Position numbers and translations under genes: made by a program. The notes below the pieces were generated by a model that had not been told where the DNA came from, did no database searches, and saw only the letters and a list, made by a program, of their open reading frames with translations. From Candidatus Kerfeldbacteria bacterium (GTDB lineage: Bacteria > Patescibacteriota > Patescibacteriia > SBBC01 > CAIJZX01), in contig CAVSWO010000002.1 in NCBI GenBank assembly GCA_963731735.1, positions 64,529 through 128,528 on the forward strand: DNA of 64,000 nucleotides, in the 5' to 3' direction. The stretch's first letter is position 1. Every line of letters begins with the position of its first letter. Of the stretch, positions 1 through 8,887 are shown piece after piece.

Positions 1-50
1 ACCGTTTGGCCGATCGCGTGCAGGCTATCGTGAACAAGAGTTCGAGTCAT
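1..50 (-). CDS. Partial CDS (5' end only), MTRTLVHDSLHAIGQT..., resembles the N-terminus of an Asp/Asn-type class II aminoacyl-tRNA synthetase
   Basis: ATG at 50 downstream of TGGTATAAT (74-82, minus); only 16 codons visible. Confidence 0.3.
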   Translation of the reverse strand, partial: MTRTLVHDSLHAIGQT

Positions 51-139
51 GCAGATACAATACTAACCGGTTTATTATACCATATCGGCCGGGTTTACCC
101 AACCGGCAAACTTCGACCGTGCTAACGCGTTTGGATTCC

Positions 140-2860
140 TCAGGCCGTTCGCGGACGGCGAATCACCCCGAACCAGCCGCTCCGAATAATCCACTTCCGC
201 AACTCCTCTACCACCACGACCGGGATACCGGCCGATATGGCGATGAGCCATTCCACCGGCGTCAGCGGGGCGACCTGGAATAATTGGGCCAGCAGCGGGA
301 CATATAAAATCGCCACGTGCATGATCACCACGGTCGCCAGGGCGCCCACCATCGCCCGGCTGACTGGCAAAGCGAACATGCTCCGCCGCGACGAGCGCGA
401 GGTGAAGGCGGTAAACCACTGGGCTAACGCGATCGCGGTCAGCGTCAGGGCATAAACATGAGTCTCCGTGCGGCCGGAGGCCTGGGCGTACAGAAAGACC
501 GCAAAGCCGCTGAGACCGACGGTCATAGCGGTAATGATAATCCGGATCCAAACGGTTTGGCGGATAATTGGCGCCTGCGGATCTTGGGGCTGTTCCTGCA
601 TAACCGTGGGGCTCTGCGGTTCCCGCGCCAGGGCGATCCCGAGGAACGGATCGGTAATCGCGTTCAGCCAAATAATTTGGGTGGGCAGCAACGGCACGGG
701 TAAGCCACCCAGCATAGCGCCACCGATTAATATCAACTCGCCAAAATTCGAAGCCAGCAGATAGTACATGACGCGGCGGATATTTCGAAAAATCCGCCGA
801 CCCTCAGCGATAGCCGTGGTGATGACCGCGTAATTCCCGTCGACCAGCACTACATCGGCCGCCTCCTTGGCCGCGTCGCTGCTGTCGCGTCCAACCGCGA
901 TCCCAACATCGGCCGTGGTCAAGGCCGGAACATCATTTATCCCGTCGCCGGTCATGGCCACGATTTCCCCGGTTTGCTTGAGGGCGGTGGCAATGCGTAA
1001 TTTATGTTCAGGCGTCAGCCGCGTTCCAACCCGCACGCGTGGCAATCGTTTCCGGAGTTGCTCATCATCCATGCCGTCCACCTCGGCGCCGTCTAACAGG
1101 GCTTCCGGTCCGGCCCCCTTGAGCAAATCAATGCGTTCCGCCACCGCCCGGCCGGTTTGCAAAAAATCTCCGGTCAGCATAATCGTCCGAATGCCGGCTT
1201 GCCGCATGATTTGAATTGTTTGTTTGGCTTCCGGCCGGAGGGCGTCTTGAATCCCGACCAAACCGACGAAGGTAAACTGGCCGGCCAGCGCCTCCATACT
1301 CTGGAAGGTGTCTTGACTGCCGCGTCGAATATACGCAATCGCCAAGCCGCGCAAGGCTTCCCCGGCCCAGCGTTCATAGGTTTCCATTACCGCCGCCCGA
1401 TCAGCGTCGCCCAACGGTAAATATCCGCCGCCGTGCCAACGTTGACTGCAAACGGCCAAAATTGCTTGCGGCGCGCCTTTAATAATCACGAGCCGCTGGT
1501 CATGTTCATCCTGGTGCCAGGTGACCATGTATTTCTTTTTGTAATCAAACGGGAATTCGCCCAATCGCGGGTGGGTGGCTTCCAGTTCAGCCTTTTGCCA
1601 GCCGGATTTTTCGGCCGCCACCACCAGGGCCAGTTCGGTCGGGTCGCCAATCGGAATCCGTTCATCGTGCTGACCAGTAGTGAAGCGGGCGTCATTATTT
1701 AACGCGCCCAAACGCAGCAACAAACTTAATCCGGGCTGTTCGCGCGGCGAAATTTTCTTGTCATCCAAAAAGACATCGCCTTCCGGACGATAGCCTTCGC
1801 CGGTCAGGTGAAAACTTCGGCCGTCAACCCAAGCCTTCTCCAGCATCATTTGCCCATAGGTCAGGGTGCCGGTTTTATCGGTCGCCACCACCGTCACCGC
1901 GCCCAAGGTCTCAACCGCCACCAGTTTGCGGACAATCGCATGCCGCTTGGCCATCGCCCACATGCCATAGGCCATGGCGATAGTCATCACCACCGGTAAC
2001 CCTTCCGGAATAATCGAAACAATCAAACTGACGGCCAGCAGGAACATGGCTTCAAACGGAAAATCACGGGCAATCCCGACCAAAAAGACAGCTAAGCCCA
2101 TGATCAGCACCGCGATGGCCAGGCGCCGGGAAAAACTGGCTAACTTTTTTTGGAACGGGGTTTCGCCGTCGCTGACTGACTGGAGCGAGACGACAATCGA
2201 ACCAAAGCGCGTCCGGCCGCCGGTGGCGGTCACCAGCAGGCGTCCGCGGCCGGCCACCACAATCGTGCCGCGCCAGCCCATATTGCGTTGGTCCTGAATC
2301 GGCGTGTGGGCCGCTTGGGCATCAATCGTCTTATTGACCGGCGCCGACTCACCCGTCAAACTGGCCTCATTCAAACGAAGGTTCAGCGTTTCAACCCAGC
2401 GTCCATCGGCCGGCACCTGATCGCCGGTCGCCAGGGTCACAATGTCGCCGACCACCACCGCTTCAATCGGAATTCGATGTTCTTGGCCGCCGCGAAAGAC
2501 GTTGACATCCTGCGGCGAGAGACGCAGCAGGGCCGACATAGCTGAAGTCGCCTGGCGTTCCTGCCGATAGCCGATGATCGCGTTCAAGATCACCACCCCG
2601 AAAATGACGGCCGCGTCGCGCCAGGCCTGGACCAGCAGCGAGATCAAGCCGGCCACCACCAGGATATAAATCAGCGCGCTCCGGAACTGATCAAAAAACA
2701 CCTGAACCGGGTTGCGGGTATGCGGTGGCGGCAAGGCGTTGCTGCCAAAGGTTTGCCGAGCCGTCTCAACCTGATCCGGAGCCAAGCCTTCCAGCGTGGT
2801 ATGGAGTTCCTGGAGCGTGGCCTCAACCGTCTGCGCGTGCCAGTTCGTCGTTTCCGCCAT
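140..2860 (-). CDS. Cation-transporting P-type ATPase (P2, Ca2+/Na+-type)
   Basis: TGES, PEGL, DKTGTLT, MLTGD, GDGIND motifs; multiple TM segments. Confidence 0.95.
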   Translation of the reverse strand: MAETTNWHAQTVEATLQELHTTLEGLAPDQVETARQTFGSNALPPPHTRNPVQVFFDQFRSALIYILVVAGLISLLVQAWRDAAVIFGVVILNAIIGYRQERQATSAMSALLRLSPQDVNVFRGGQEHRIPIEAVVVGDIVTLATGDQVPADGRWVETLNLRLNEASLTGESAPVNKTIDAQAAHTPIQDQRNMGWRGTIVVAGRGRLLVTATGGRTRFGSIVVSLQSVSDGETPFQKKLASFSRRLAIAVLIMGLAVFLVGIARDFPFEAMFLLAVSLIVSIIPEGLPVVMTIAMAYGMWAMAKRHAIVRKLVAVETLGAVTVVATDKTGTLTYGQMMLEKAWVDGRSFHLTGEGYRPEGDVFLDDKKISPREQPGLSLLLRLGALNNDARFTTGQHDERIPIGDPTELALVVAAEKSGWQKAELEATHPRLGEFPFDYKKKYMVTWHQDEHDQRLVIIKGAPQAILAVCSQRWHGGGYLPLGDADRAAVMETYERWAGEALRGLAIAYIRRGSQDTFQSMEALAGQFTFVGLVGIQDALRPEAKQTIQIMRQAGIRTIMLTGDFLQTGRAVAERIDLLKGAGPEALLDGAEVDGMDDEQLRKRLPRVRVGTRLTPEHKLRIATALKQTGEIVAMTGDGINDVPALTTADVGIAVGRDSSDAAKEAADVVLVDGNYAVITTAIAEGRRIFRNIRRVMYYLLASNFGELILIGGAMLGGLPVPLLPTQIIWLNAITDPFLGIALAREPQSPTVMQEQPQDPQAPIIRQTVWIRIIITAMTVGLSGFAVFLYAQASGRTETHVYALTLTAIALAQWFTAFTSRSSRRSMFALPVSRAMVGALATVVIMHVAILYVPLLAQLFQVAPLTPVEWLIAISAGIPVVVVEELRKWIIRSGWFGVIRRPRTA

Positions 2861-2861
2861 A

Positions 2862-4118
2862 TTAGAAAATCGTCCGGATAATAAAGGCGGCGGCCGAAAT
2901 CGACATCACCAAGAAAGTAAACCAGCCAAACCGTCGAACCATGGTCGGGCTGCGGTGAACACCGACCACTTTCGGCGAATCCGACAACCGGATAATGTAC
3001 CAGAGCAAAATCGGCGCCAGCAGTCCATTCAAGACCGCGGCCGCAATCAAAAACTGAATTGAGGTGAAGCCCAGCACGTTTGTCAGTACGCCAAATAAAA
3101 TCGCCAGCAGAATGGTCAGGTAAAACGGTCGGGCCTGCCGATAGGTCTTTTCCATTCCCGCTTTCCATCCAAAGGCCTCGGCAAACGCGAACGACGCCGA
3201 GGTGGCCAGGATCGGCACTCCGATCAATCCGGTTCCGACGATGCCGAGCGCGAACAGGGCGAAGGTAAAATCGCCCGCCAGCGGACGCAGGGCCAGCGCC
3301 GCCTGCTGGGCCGTTTCAATATTCGTGATGCCGGCTCGGTAGAGGGTGGTGGCGGTGGTGATCACGATGAAAAAGAAAATCACGTTCGACAGCGCCATGC
3401 CGGACACCACGTCGCCGCGCATTTCCTTGAGTTCCACCGCGGTCGCGCCTTGCCGCAGTTTCAAATTTTTTCGCCCGGCGTCAATTTCTTCTTCAACTTC
3501 TTGGTTGGATTGCCAGAAAAACATGTAGGGCGCGATGGTCGTACCAAGAATCGCCACAATCATCATCCAGGTATCGCCGCTGGGTTTAAAAATTGGGATC
3601 AGGGTGTGAAAGATCACCTCCGACCAATCCGGCTTGGTTAGGAACGCGGTCAGCACGTAGGCAAACAACGCCAGGATCAGCCACCGCAAGACGCGGACAT
3701 ATTGCTTGTAGGTCGTGAACATTTCCATCACCGCCACGATGATGGCAAAGACCAGCAGCCAAATCACGGTTGAACCGGGCAGCACCAATCGGGTGGCCGC
3801 CGCCATCGCGCTGAGATCAGCCCCGATATTAAACACATTCACGATGAACAGCATCAGGCTCAGCACCACCACGGTCCGCTTGGAAATATGTTTGCGAATA
3901 ATGCTGGCTAAGCCGCGTCCGGTTACCAAGGCTAGCCGAGCCGACATTTCCTGAACCGCGTACATCATCGGCAGGGTCAGCGGCGCCAGCCACAGCAGCG
4001 AGAAACCGAACTTCGCCCCCGACTGCGAATAGGTGGCGATCCCGGACGGATCATCGTCCGATGCCCCGGTGATAATACCCGGACCGAGCTTGGCGAATGG
4101 TTTTTTTATGTTAAACAC
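2862..4118 (-). CDS. Nramp-family divalent metal transporter
   Basis: LGPGIITGASDDDPSGIATYSQ, GTTIAPY motifs; start placed at GTG 4118, 7 nt after TGGTATAAT; abuts ATPase start. Confidence 0.9.
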   Translation of the reverse strand: MFNIKKPFAKLGPGIITGASDDDPSGIATYSQSGAKFGFSLLWLAPLTLPMMYAVQEMSARLALVTGRGLASIIRKHISKRTVVVLSLMLFIVNVFNIGADLSAMAAATRLVLPGSTVIWLLVFAIIVAVMEMFTTYKQYVRVLRWLILALFAYVLTAFLTKPDWSEVIFHTLIPIFKPSGDTWMMIVAILGTTIAPYMFFWQSNQEVEEEIDAGRKNLKLRQGATAVELKEMRGDVVSGMALSNVIFFFIVITTATTLYRAGITNIETAQQAALALRPLAGDFTFALFALGIVGTGLIGVPILATSASFAFAEAFGWKAGMEKTYRQARPFYLTILLAILFGVLTNVLGFTSIQFLIAAAVLNGLLAPILLWYIIRLSDSPKVVGVHRSPTMVRRFGWFTFLVMSISAAAFIIRTIF

Positions 4119-4232
4119 TCGGTTGATTATACCATATTCCGTCCCTGATATTGACAAGCAGTCACGGACGCGGTTAGATGTCGCCATTGAAGCAATAGCT
4201 GTTCTTTTCTCGCACCCACCAGGAGGTAACGC

Positions 4233-4649
4233 GTGCAACCCCGACTCGTCCGCCGGAGTCCGCGCCCGACCAGTCTTCGTGATGTCTGCTGTGGCCCGAT
4301 TACCCTGACCGGGGTTTTCACCATCCAACCCTTTATTAAGGGATCTGTCCGTAAACCCGCCTTCGAGTTGCGGGTCACCTGTCTGCGGCCGGAGTTCCGC
4401 CGGTATTTCGACAACGCGCTGTCCAACTTCACGGCGGTGCATGGGGGTCGCCTCAATCCCCGACCGTCCAAGGCCGCCCAGGTCGACGCCATCATCCGGC
4501 TCACCCCGGGCTTGATGACTCCCAGCGACGCCTACCAGTTGGTCGTCCTGGCTGGCCACCTGTATCGGTCAATCTACCTGAATCACTGCCTCTGGATTGC
4601 CGCCCAGGCGGTTCTTCACCGGGCGGCACGGAAACGGCGACACAAATAA
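4233..4649 (+). CDS. Hypothetical basic protein (138 aa)
   Basis: AGGAGG 6 nt before GTG; TTGACA at 4151; terminator directly after stop. Confidence 0.6.
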   Translation: MQPRLVRRSPRPTSLRDVCCGPITLTGVFTIQPFIKGSVRKPAFELRVTCLRPEFRRYFDNALSNFTAVHGGRLNPRPSKAAQVDAIIRLTPGLMTPSDAYQLVVLAGHLYRSIYLNHCLWIAAQAVLHRAARKRRHK

Positions 4650-4653
4650 ACGT

Positions 4654-4687
4654 TCCCCACCCGATACACCGCGGTGGGGATTTTTTT
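4654..4687 (+). terminator. Intrinsic terminator
   Basis: TCCCCACC...GGTGGGGA followed by T run. Confidence 0.7.
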
Positions 4688-4725
4688 GACCAGACTTCCG
4701 TTACCGAGGTGGCCTCGGGATTGGT

Positions 4726-5184
4726 TTAGCCAATCGCCTTTTTTACTAAGGCCACGATTTTCTTTTCTTCCGCCGGCGTGACTTTCGTAATCGCGAAAGC
4801 CACCGGCCACATGTTGCCATCATCCAGTTTTGCATCTTCTTGGAAACCCAGAGTTGAGTAACGATACTTGAACTTACTGGCATATTGGAAAAAGACCACG
4901 ACTTTTCCGTCCCGATTCGCGTAGGCCGGAAATCCGTACCAGGTTTTTGGCACCAGCTTCGGCGCCGTTTTCCGTACTATGGCGTGAACTTTTTTCGCTA
5001 AACTTTTATCCGGTTCCGGCAGCTTCGCGATCGCGGCCAGGACTTGCTTTTCGCCGTTGGCGCTGGCGGCTTCGGCTTTCAATTCAAGCGCGCGCGCTTT
5101 GATCGCCGCGCGTTCGGTCTCATCGAATCCGGTGAATTTTTTCTTTGCATTGGTTTTTTTCATATCTTCAGGGTACGTTTTCAT
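4726..5184 (-). CDS. DUF1801/YdhG-like protein
   Basis: PKTWYGFPAYA...KVVVFFQ...KFKYRYSTLGF...LDDGNMWPVAFA signature; start may be 5163. Confidence 0.85.
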   Translation of the reverse strand: MKTYPEDMKKTNAKKKFTGFDETERAAIKARALELKAEAASANGEKQVLAAIAKLPEPDKSLAKKVHAIVRKTAPKLVPKTWYGFPAYANRDGKVVVFFQYASKFKYRYSTLGFQEDAKLDDGNMWPVAFAITKVTPAEEKKIVALVKKAIG

Positions 5185-5296
5185 TGTTCAAGCGTCAAGG
5201 ATCCCGGCAGATGATGCCGGAGATGAATCAATGAATGCCAACTGGCGGATCGACCAGGGCATTATTTCAACTTACAAGAGGCTGCTTCAGTCCCCA

Positions 5297-5325
5297 TTGA
5301 CATCGACGTTAATATGCGCTAGGTT
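5297..5325 (+). promoter_or_regulatory. Sigma70-type promoter of candidate ncRNA
   Basis: TTGACA(5297)-17 bp-TAGGTT(5320). Confidence 0.65.
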
Positions 5326-5331
5326 GGTCAG

Positions 5332-5618
5332 GCACTTTTCTTGACTCTCGAGCTCCGTGAACGACCGTACGGGCGGAACCATCGTGAATGCGTGAACAAC
5401 CTCCTAACGTATTCGTGCTTCCTGACTCCAAGGAGGGGCGTCTCCAAAAGGGACGCTGCAGTCCGCGTGGAGTTGGTGGCTGCCGAAAGGTACCCCGTTC
5501 TGTCCTGGAGGAAAAAGGACACACTCAGTCAAATCGGGGGCTGCGGGCTTGAGTCCTGCGCGAACCCCTCGAGAGTCAGTTTCTTGCAGCCCTTCATAAT
5601 TGCGGGGCTGCTTTTTTT
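5332..5618 (+). ncRNA. Candidate large structured ncRNA, unidentified family
   Basis: 11-bp closing stem 5342-5352/5568-5578, at least 6 internal helices, own promoter, terminator GCAGCCC/GGGCTGC-T7 (5586-5618). Confidence 0.7.
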
Positions 5619-5687
5619 ATTCTTAAGTGGTGGACCACATCGCCCCTTGTTCCAACTAGGAGTAAAGCTCACGCGATCAGACCGAGG

Positions 5688-5930
5688 TTGAAAACTCCGC
5701 AAGAGGCCGCGACCGACAACTACTACGACCTTCTCTTCGACATGGACGACCAACGCCGCTGGTCGGGGTTGTCCGAAGCCGACGTCGAAGAACTCCGGCA
5801 GATTATGACGGAGATGGATGGGGTCCAAGTTACCCCTGAGGAGGCGTGGGGAACGGCGCGCTCACTTCTTGAGCTGACGAGGAAAATGGTGGAGTGGGAG
5901 GTGAACCAGCCGAGGCAGCGGGCGGCCTAA
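5688..5930 (+). CDS. Small acidic helical protein resembling the CPR family often found next to integrative-element recombinases
   Basis: LSEADVEELRQIMTEMDGVQVTPEEAWGTARSLLEL pattern; family assignment from recall only. Confidence 0.6.
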   Translation: MKTPQEAATDNYYDLLFDMDDQRRWSGLSEADVEELRQIMTEMDGVQVTPEEAWGTARSLLELTRKMVEWEVNQPRQRAA

Positions 5931-6922
5931 CGACTAGGGGTAGGCTGAGGTTGGATCCGTTGCTGTGGAGGCGGGCCGAACATTACCTGTTGAAACTGTT
6001 TGCCCCATGACACCCCATGCGCACTCTCATACAATTTTACGAACGGACTAACACTAAAGAACCCGTTTAGGAGTATGTACGACTCCCAGAGCAGCTCTCG
6101 TAATTTGTCGTCAGCAAGTGCGATGTTGAGGTTGAATTCTGCAAGCTTCTCCATTGGAATAGGTCGGGAGTGCATCAAGTGCTTATCGTAATCGGAGAAG
6201 TATTTTACTGCTCGTCCAATCTTGCGACCATTCCCCGGTGCACCACCATACATGTAGGCCTTTAGCCAAGTGGACACGAGCTTCTTAGACAGCTTCTCGG
6301 AATCATCGCAAAGCTCAAACAAGTCCAGCGAATATTTTTCAATCAGTGGAATGTATGCAGGCAGTGTTTCTGGGCCTTCTTTTGCAATACTCTGTTTTGC
6401 TTTCTCAAAGCCCCGCTTGATTGAGCGAGCCGGAATGCCGTTTATTTGCGGATCGATTGGCCCCAGAGTCGCGCTTGGATGCAATGTAATCGAATTACCT
6501 GATAAGGCGAGCATTGTTGCGGCCGAGTATGCAGAGTGCGGGATGAGGAAGTGGACTTCATCAAATCGGTTACGCAGTAGCCCGACTAGGCGCTCGGTTG
6601 CATCTGGCCGACCGCCTGGGCTGTGGAGCAATACATCAACTGACCGTCCTTCTTTCACTGAATTCACAAGATCAGTGAAGCCATCAACGTCCATAAGATC
6701 AATCGAATTGGGCGCTCCGGGTGGGACACCTTCAAGAAACTTTGTAGCATAAACAAGCAGTGGTCTCCCACGATGCTGTTCTATCTCTTCATAGCATGCG
6801 GTGCGCATGCCAAGCAGATACTGACCTGTTAGGGGTTGTTTGTTCTGTTGAGCTTCAACGATGAAGTCATTCCAGTCTTGCGTCGTCTTAAACTGTTTGC
6901 GCGGTTGTTGAGGAGACTCCAT
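5927..6922 (-). CDS. SDH_sah / ClpP-fold serine protease
   Basis: VDVLLHSPGG, AYSAATMLAL (catalytic Ser), LGPIDPQ, HSRPI motifs. Confidence 0.9.
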   Translation of the reverse strand: MESPQQPRKQFKTTQDWNDFIVEAQQNKQPLTGQYLLGMRTACYEEIEQHRGRPLLVYATKFLEGVPPGAPNSIDLMDVDGFTDLVNSVKEGRSVDVLLHSPGGRPDATERLVGLLRNRFDEVHFLIPHSAYSAATMLALSGNSITLHPSATLGPIDPQINGIPARSIKRGFEKAKQSIAKEGPETLPAYIPLIEKYSLDLFELCDDSEKLSKKLVSTWLKAYMYGGAPGNGRKIGRAVKYFSDYDKHLMHSRPIPMEKLAEFNLNIALADDKLRELLWESYILLNGFFSVSPFVKLYESAHGVSWGKQFQQVMFGPPPQQRIQPQPTPSR

Positions 6923-7121
6923 GTTGATCAAATTCAAAATTCAACGTTGAACCCGTGGCCGACTTGAAAGCCGACTTCTTCCCTAAGGCTACGTCCACGC
7001 GTTCAATAAGATCAGTTGTACGCTTGTAATTCTTGAATGCCTGTAGGGACTTGGCATTGCGCGCCAAAACCTTCTTGGGGAACACCCTAAGGACTATAGA
7101 TTTGCGTTTAGTTACGGGCAT
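6888..7121 (-). CDS. Hypothetical small basic protein upstream of the protease
   Basis: MPVTKRKS... ORF overlapping protease start; TATACT upstream. Confidence 0.5.
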   Translation of the reverse strand: MPVTKRKSIVLRVFPKKVLARNAKSLQAFKNYKRTTDLIERVDVALGKKSAFKSATGSTLNFEFDQHGVSSTTAQTV

Positions 7122-7189
7122 AATATGCAGGGACAGTATATCAGATTTAGCGTGACTATTCAAGGTGGGTTAACGCTTGCGAAAATCGC

Positions 7190-7264
7190 TGGTGGGCCCC
7201 CTGGGACTCGAACCCAGAACTCACGGCTTAAAAGGCCGTTACTCTACCATTGAGTTAGGAACCC
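7190..7264 (-). tRNA. tRNA-Lys(UUU)
   Basis: Cloverleaf GGGTTCC...anticodon TTT...GGTTCGAGTCC...CCCACCA. Confidence 0.95.
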
Positions 7265-7321
7265 ACGCGCAACGAGGGTACCGAAAAAATTACGTTTCGT
7301 CAATTCGTGGGTTCGAGCTTC

Positions 7322-8887
7322 CTACGAACTATTCTTATTCAGAATATCGTTAATTTGGGCTTGCGTTAGCGGTTGCCATGGTGAGTTACTCGGACTAGCG
7401 GCCGAGGCGGCCGGGCTGTTCCCTTGGGTCCACCATTTGGCCTGATAAGCCACGCCGTCCAGCAACACCCGGTCGCCGGCATTGTAGGTCGCGGTCCCTT
7501 TCCAGGTCGGGTAGGTCCCGGCCGGCAGGGTCGGTTGGGCGATCGGTTTATCACCCGGCAGCACCGGACCGATCAAATCCCACGGCGTTTCCCATGATTG
7601 CAGCACCGGATTATCCGGGACTTCGCCCTGGGTCCACCATTTGGCCTGATAGACATTTTTCTTCCAAACCACTTTCGAGCCCTGGATATAGGTAGCCTCT
7701 TTGCTCCAAATCTGATACGGACTCGAGGCCGGATCATCAACGATGGTTTTCGATTCGTCGTTCATTTCGGGCGTGGTCGAACGGTTGGCGTTATCCGTCA
7801 GGCTGGCCTTAAAATTCTGCCCCAGCGTCTGCATAAACTGTTCCGGATCTTGCGGAACGCCGCTACAGGAATCGGAGACGATCGACACGTTCGGATAGTT
7901 GCTGCCGCAGGCCACGTCGCGATTGGCCGACCACATCGACATCCGGCCGACGCCTTGCCGGACCGCGAAGTCATGCAGGTCTTGGGCGTCGGACAGGGTC
8001 GTCACCTCATCGGCAAAATCGTTCTGTCCGATCATCGGCGTCATTCCGATTTTTGACCACAGAGTGGCGTTGCTCAAGTGAATATTCGCCCGTTCATATA
8101 AAACCCCGAGTTGACGATGGGTATTGGTCAGCGCTTGCTGACCGGCCGCGACCATGGTCTGGCCGTTTAAACTTTGCCCATAATCCATGGTCATCACATT
8201 CACGCCGGCAATGTCGACCTTGGCGTCCAAAAAGGCGGTAACGGCGTTGGTGCCGGCTTCCGTTAACCCCTGCGGCGCGACCGGCAAGGTTAACCAAACC
8301 GCCAGAGGTTTGCCGGCCGCTCGGCGTTTGGTCTGCAATTCGGCCACCACCTCGGCCCGGCGTGTATTGGCTTCCTTGTTTGCTAAGGTATCGCCTTCGA
8401 GGTCGAAATCGATGGTGTCGACGTCATAGCGCGCGATAACTTGACGGTAGGCGTCCGACAACTTGCCGGCGTCCGTACAGCCAACGGCCAATTCCTGGTT
8501 ATCGCGGCCACCGAAGGAAATTGCCACCGCCCCGTCGCGTTGGCGGAGTCGGGCGATTCGCGTATCCAGGCTAAGCGCGGCGTTGGCTTGATCCAAACTA
8601 TAGGCCGCTCCCCAGGCCGGTTGGCAGGCATCCGTTTTCATGGCCACGATAAAAGACAGCATGGCGTTGACGTGCTCGGCGGTGCCCATCCGCTGGAAGG
8701 CAAAGGTCGGGGTGGCCGTTACGTCCACGTATGGCGCAAACCATGGTTTGACTTTACTCGGCGCTTCGGCCAAGCGGGCTTGGCCATAACCCCAGCCGAC
8801 CGGAATCATGACGATCAGCAGTAAAATGCATAATCGCGGAATCGAAAGTTTGCGTTTCCGCGTTGAACGGTCGGTGGCTTTAGGCAT
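7322..8887 (-). CDS. GH18 chitinase-like protein with N-terminal membrane anchor and two C-terminal CBM5/12 modules
   Basis: FAPYVD, SFGG, DTIDFDLEG (DxDxE), NVMTMDYG; two YQAKWWTQG repeats. Confidence 0.9.
   Translation of the reverse strand: MPKATDRSTRKRKLSIPRLCILLLIVMIPVGWGYGQARLAEAPSKVKPWFAPYVDVTATPTFAFQRMGTAEHVNAMLSFIVAMKTDACQPAWGAAYSLDQANAALSLDTRIARLRQRDGAVAISFGGRDNQELAVGCTDAGKLSDAYRQVIARYDVDTIDFDLEGDTLANKEANTRRAEVVAELQTKRRAAGKPLAVWLTLPVAPQGLTEAGTNAVTAFLDAKVDIAGVNVMTMDYGQSLNGQTMVAAGQQALTNTHRQLGVLYERANIHLSNATLWSKIGMTPMIGQNDFADEVTTLSDAQDLHDFAVRQGVGRMSMWSANRDVACGSNYPNVSIVSDSCSGVPQDPEQFMQTLGQNFKASLTDNANRSTTPEMNDESKTIVDDPASSPYQIWSKEATYIQGSKVVWKKNVYQAKWWTQGEVPDNPVLQSWETPWDLIGPVLPGDKPIAQPTLPAGTYPTWKGTATYNAGDRVLLDGVAYQAKWWTQGNSPAASAASPSNSPWQPLTQAQINDILNKNSS

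Noticed and set aside
4119-4559. Long N-terminal extension of the Nramp ORF (565 aa call)
   Set aside because: Family similarity starts at FNIKKPF, a -10 box sits 7 nt before GTG 4118, and the extension is the antisense of ORF 4233-4649.
5332-5618. RNase P, tmRNA, SRP RNA or group II intron identity for the ncRNA candidate
   Set aside because: Conserved signatures (GAGGAAAGUCC, tRNA-like ends with tag ORF, helix-8 CAGG..GGAA..AGCAG, domain V) not found by eye.
5628-5638. TGGTGGACCAC as an att-site copy of the tRNA-Lys 3' end (TGGTGGGCCCC)
   Set aside because: Too short and mismatched to separate from chance.
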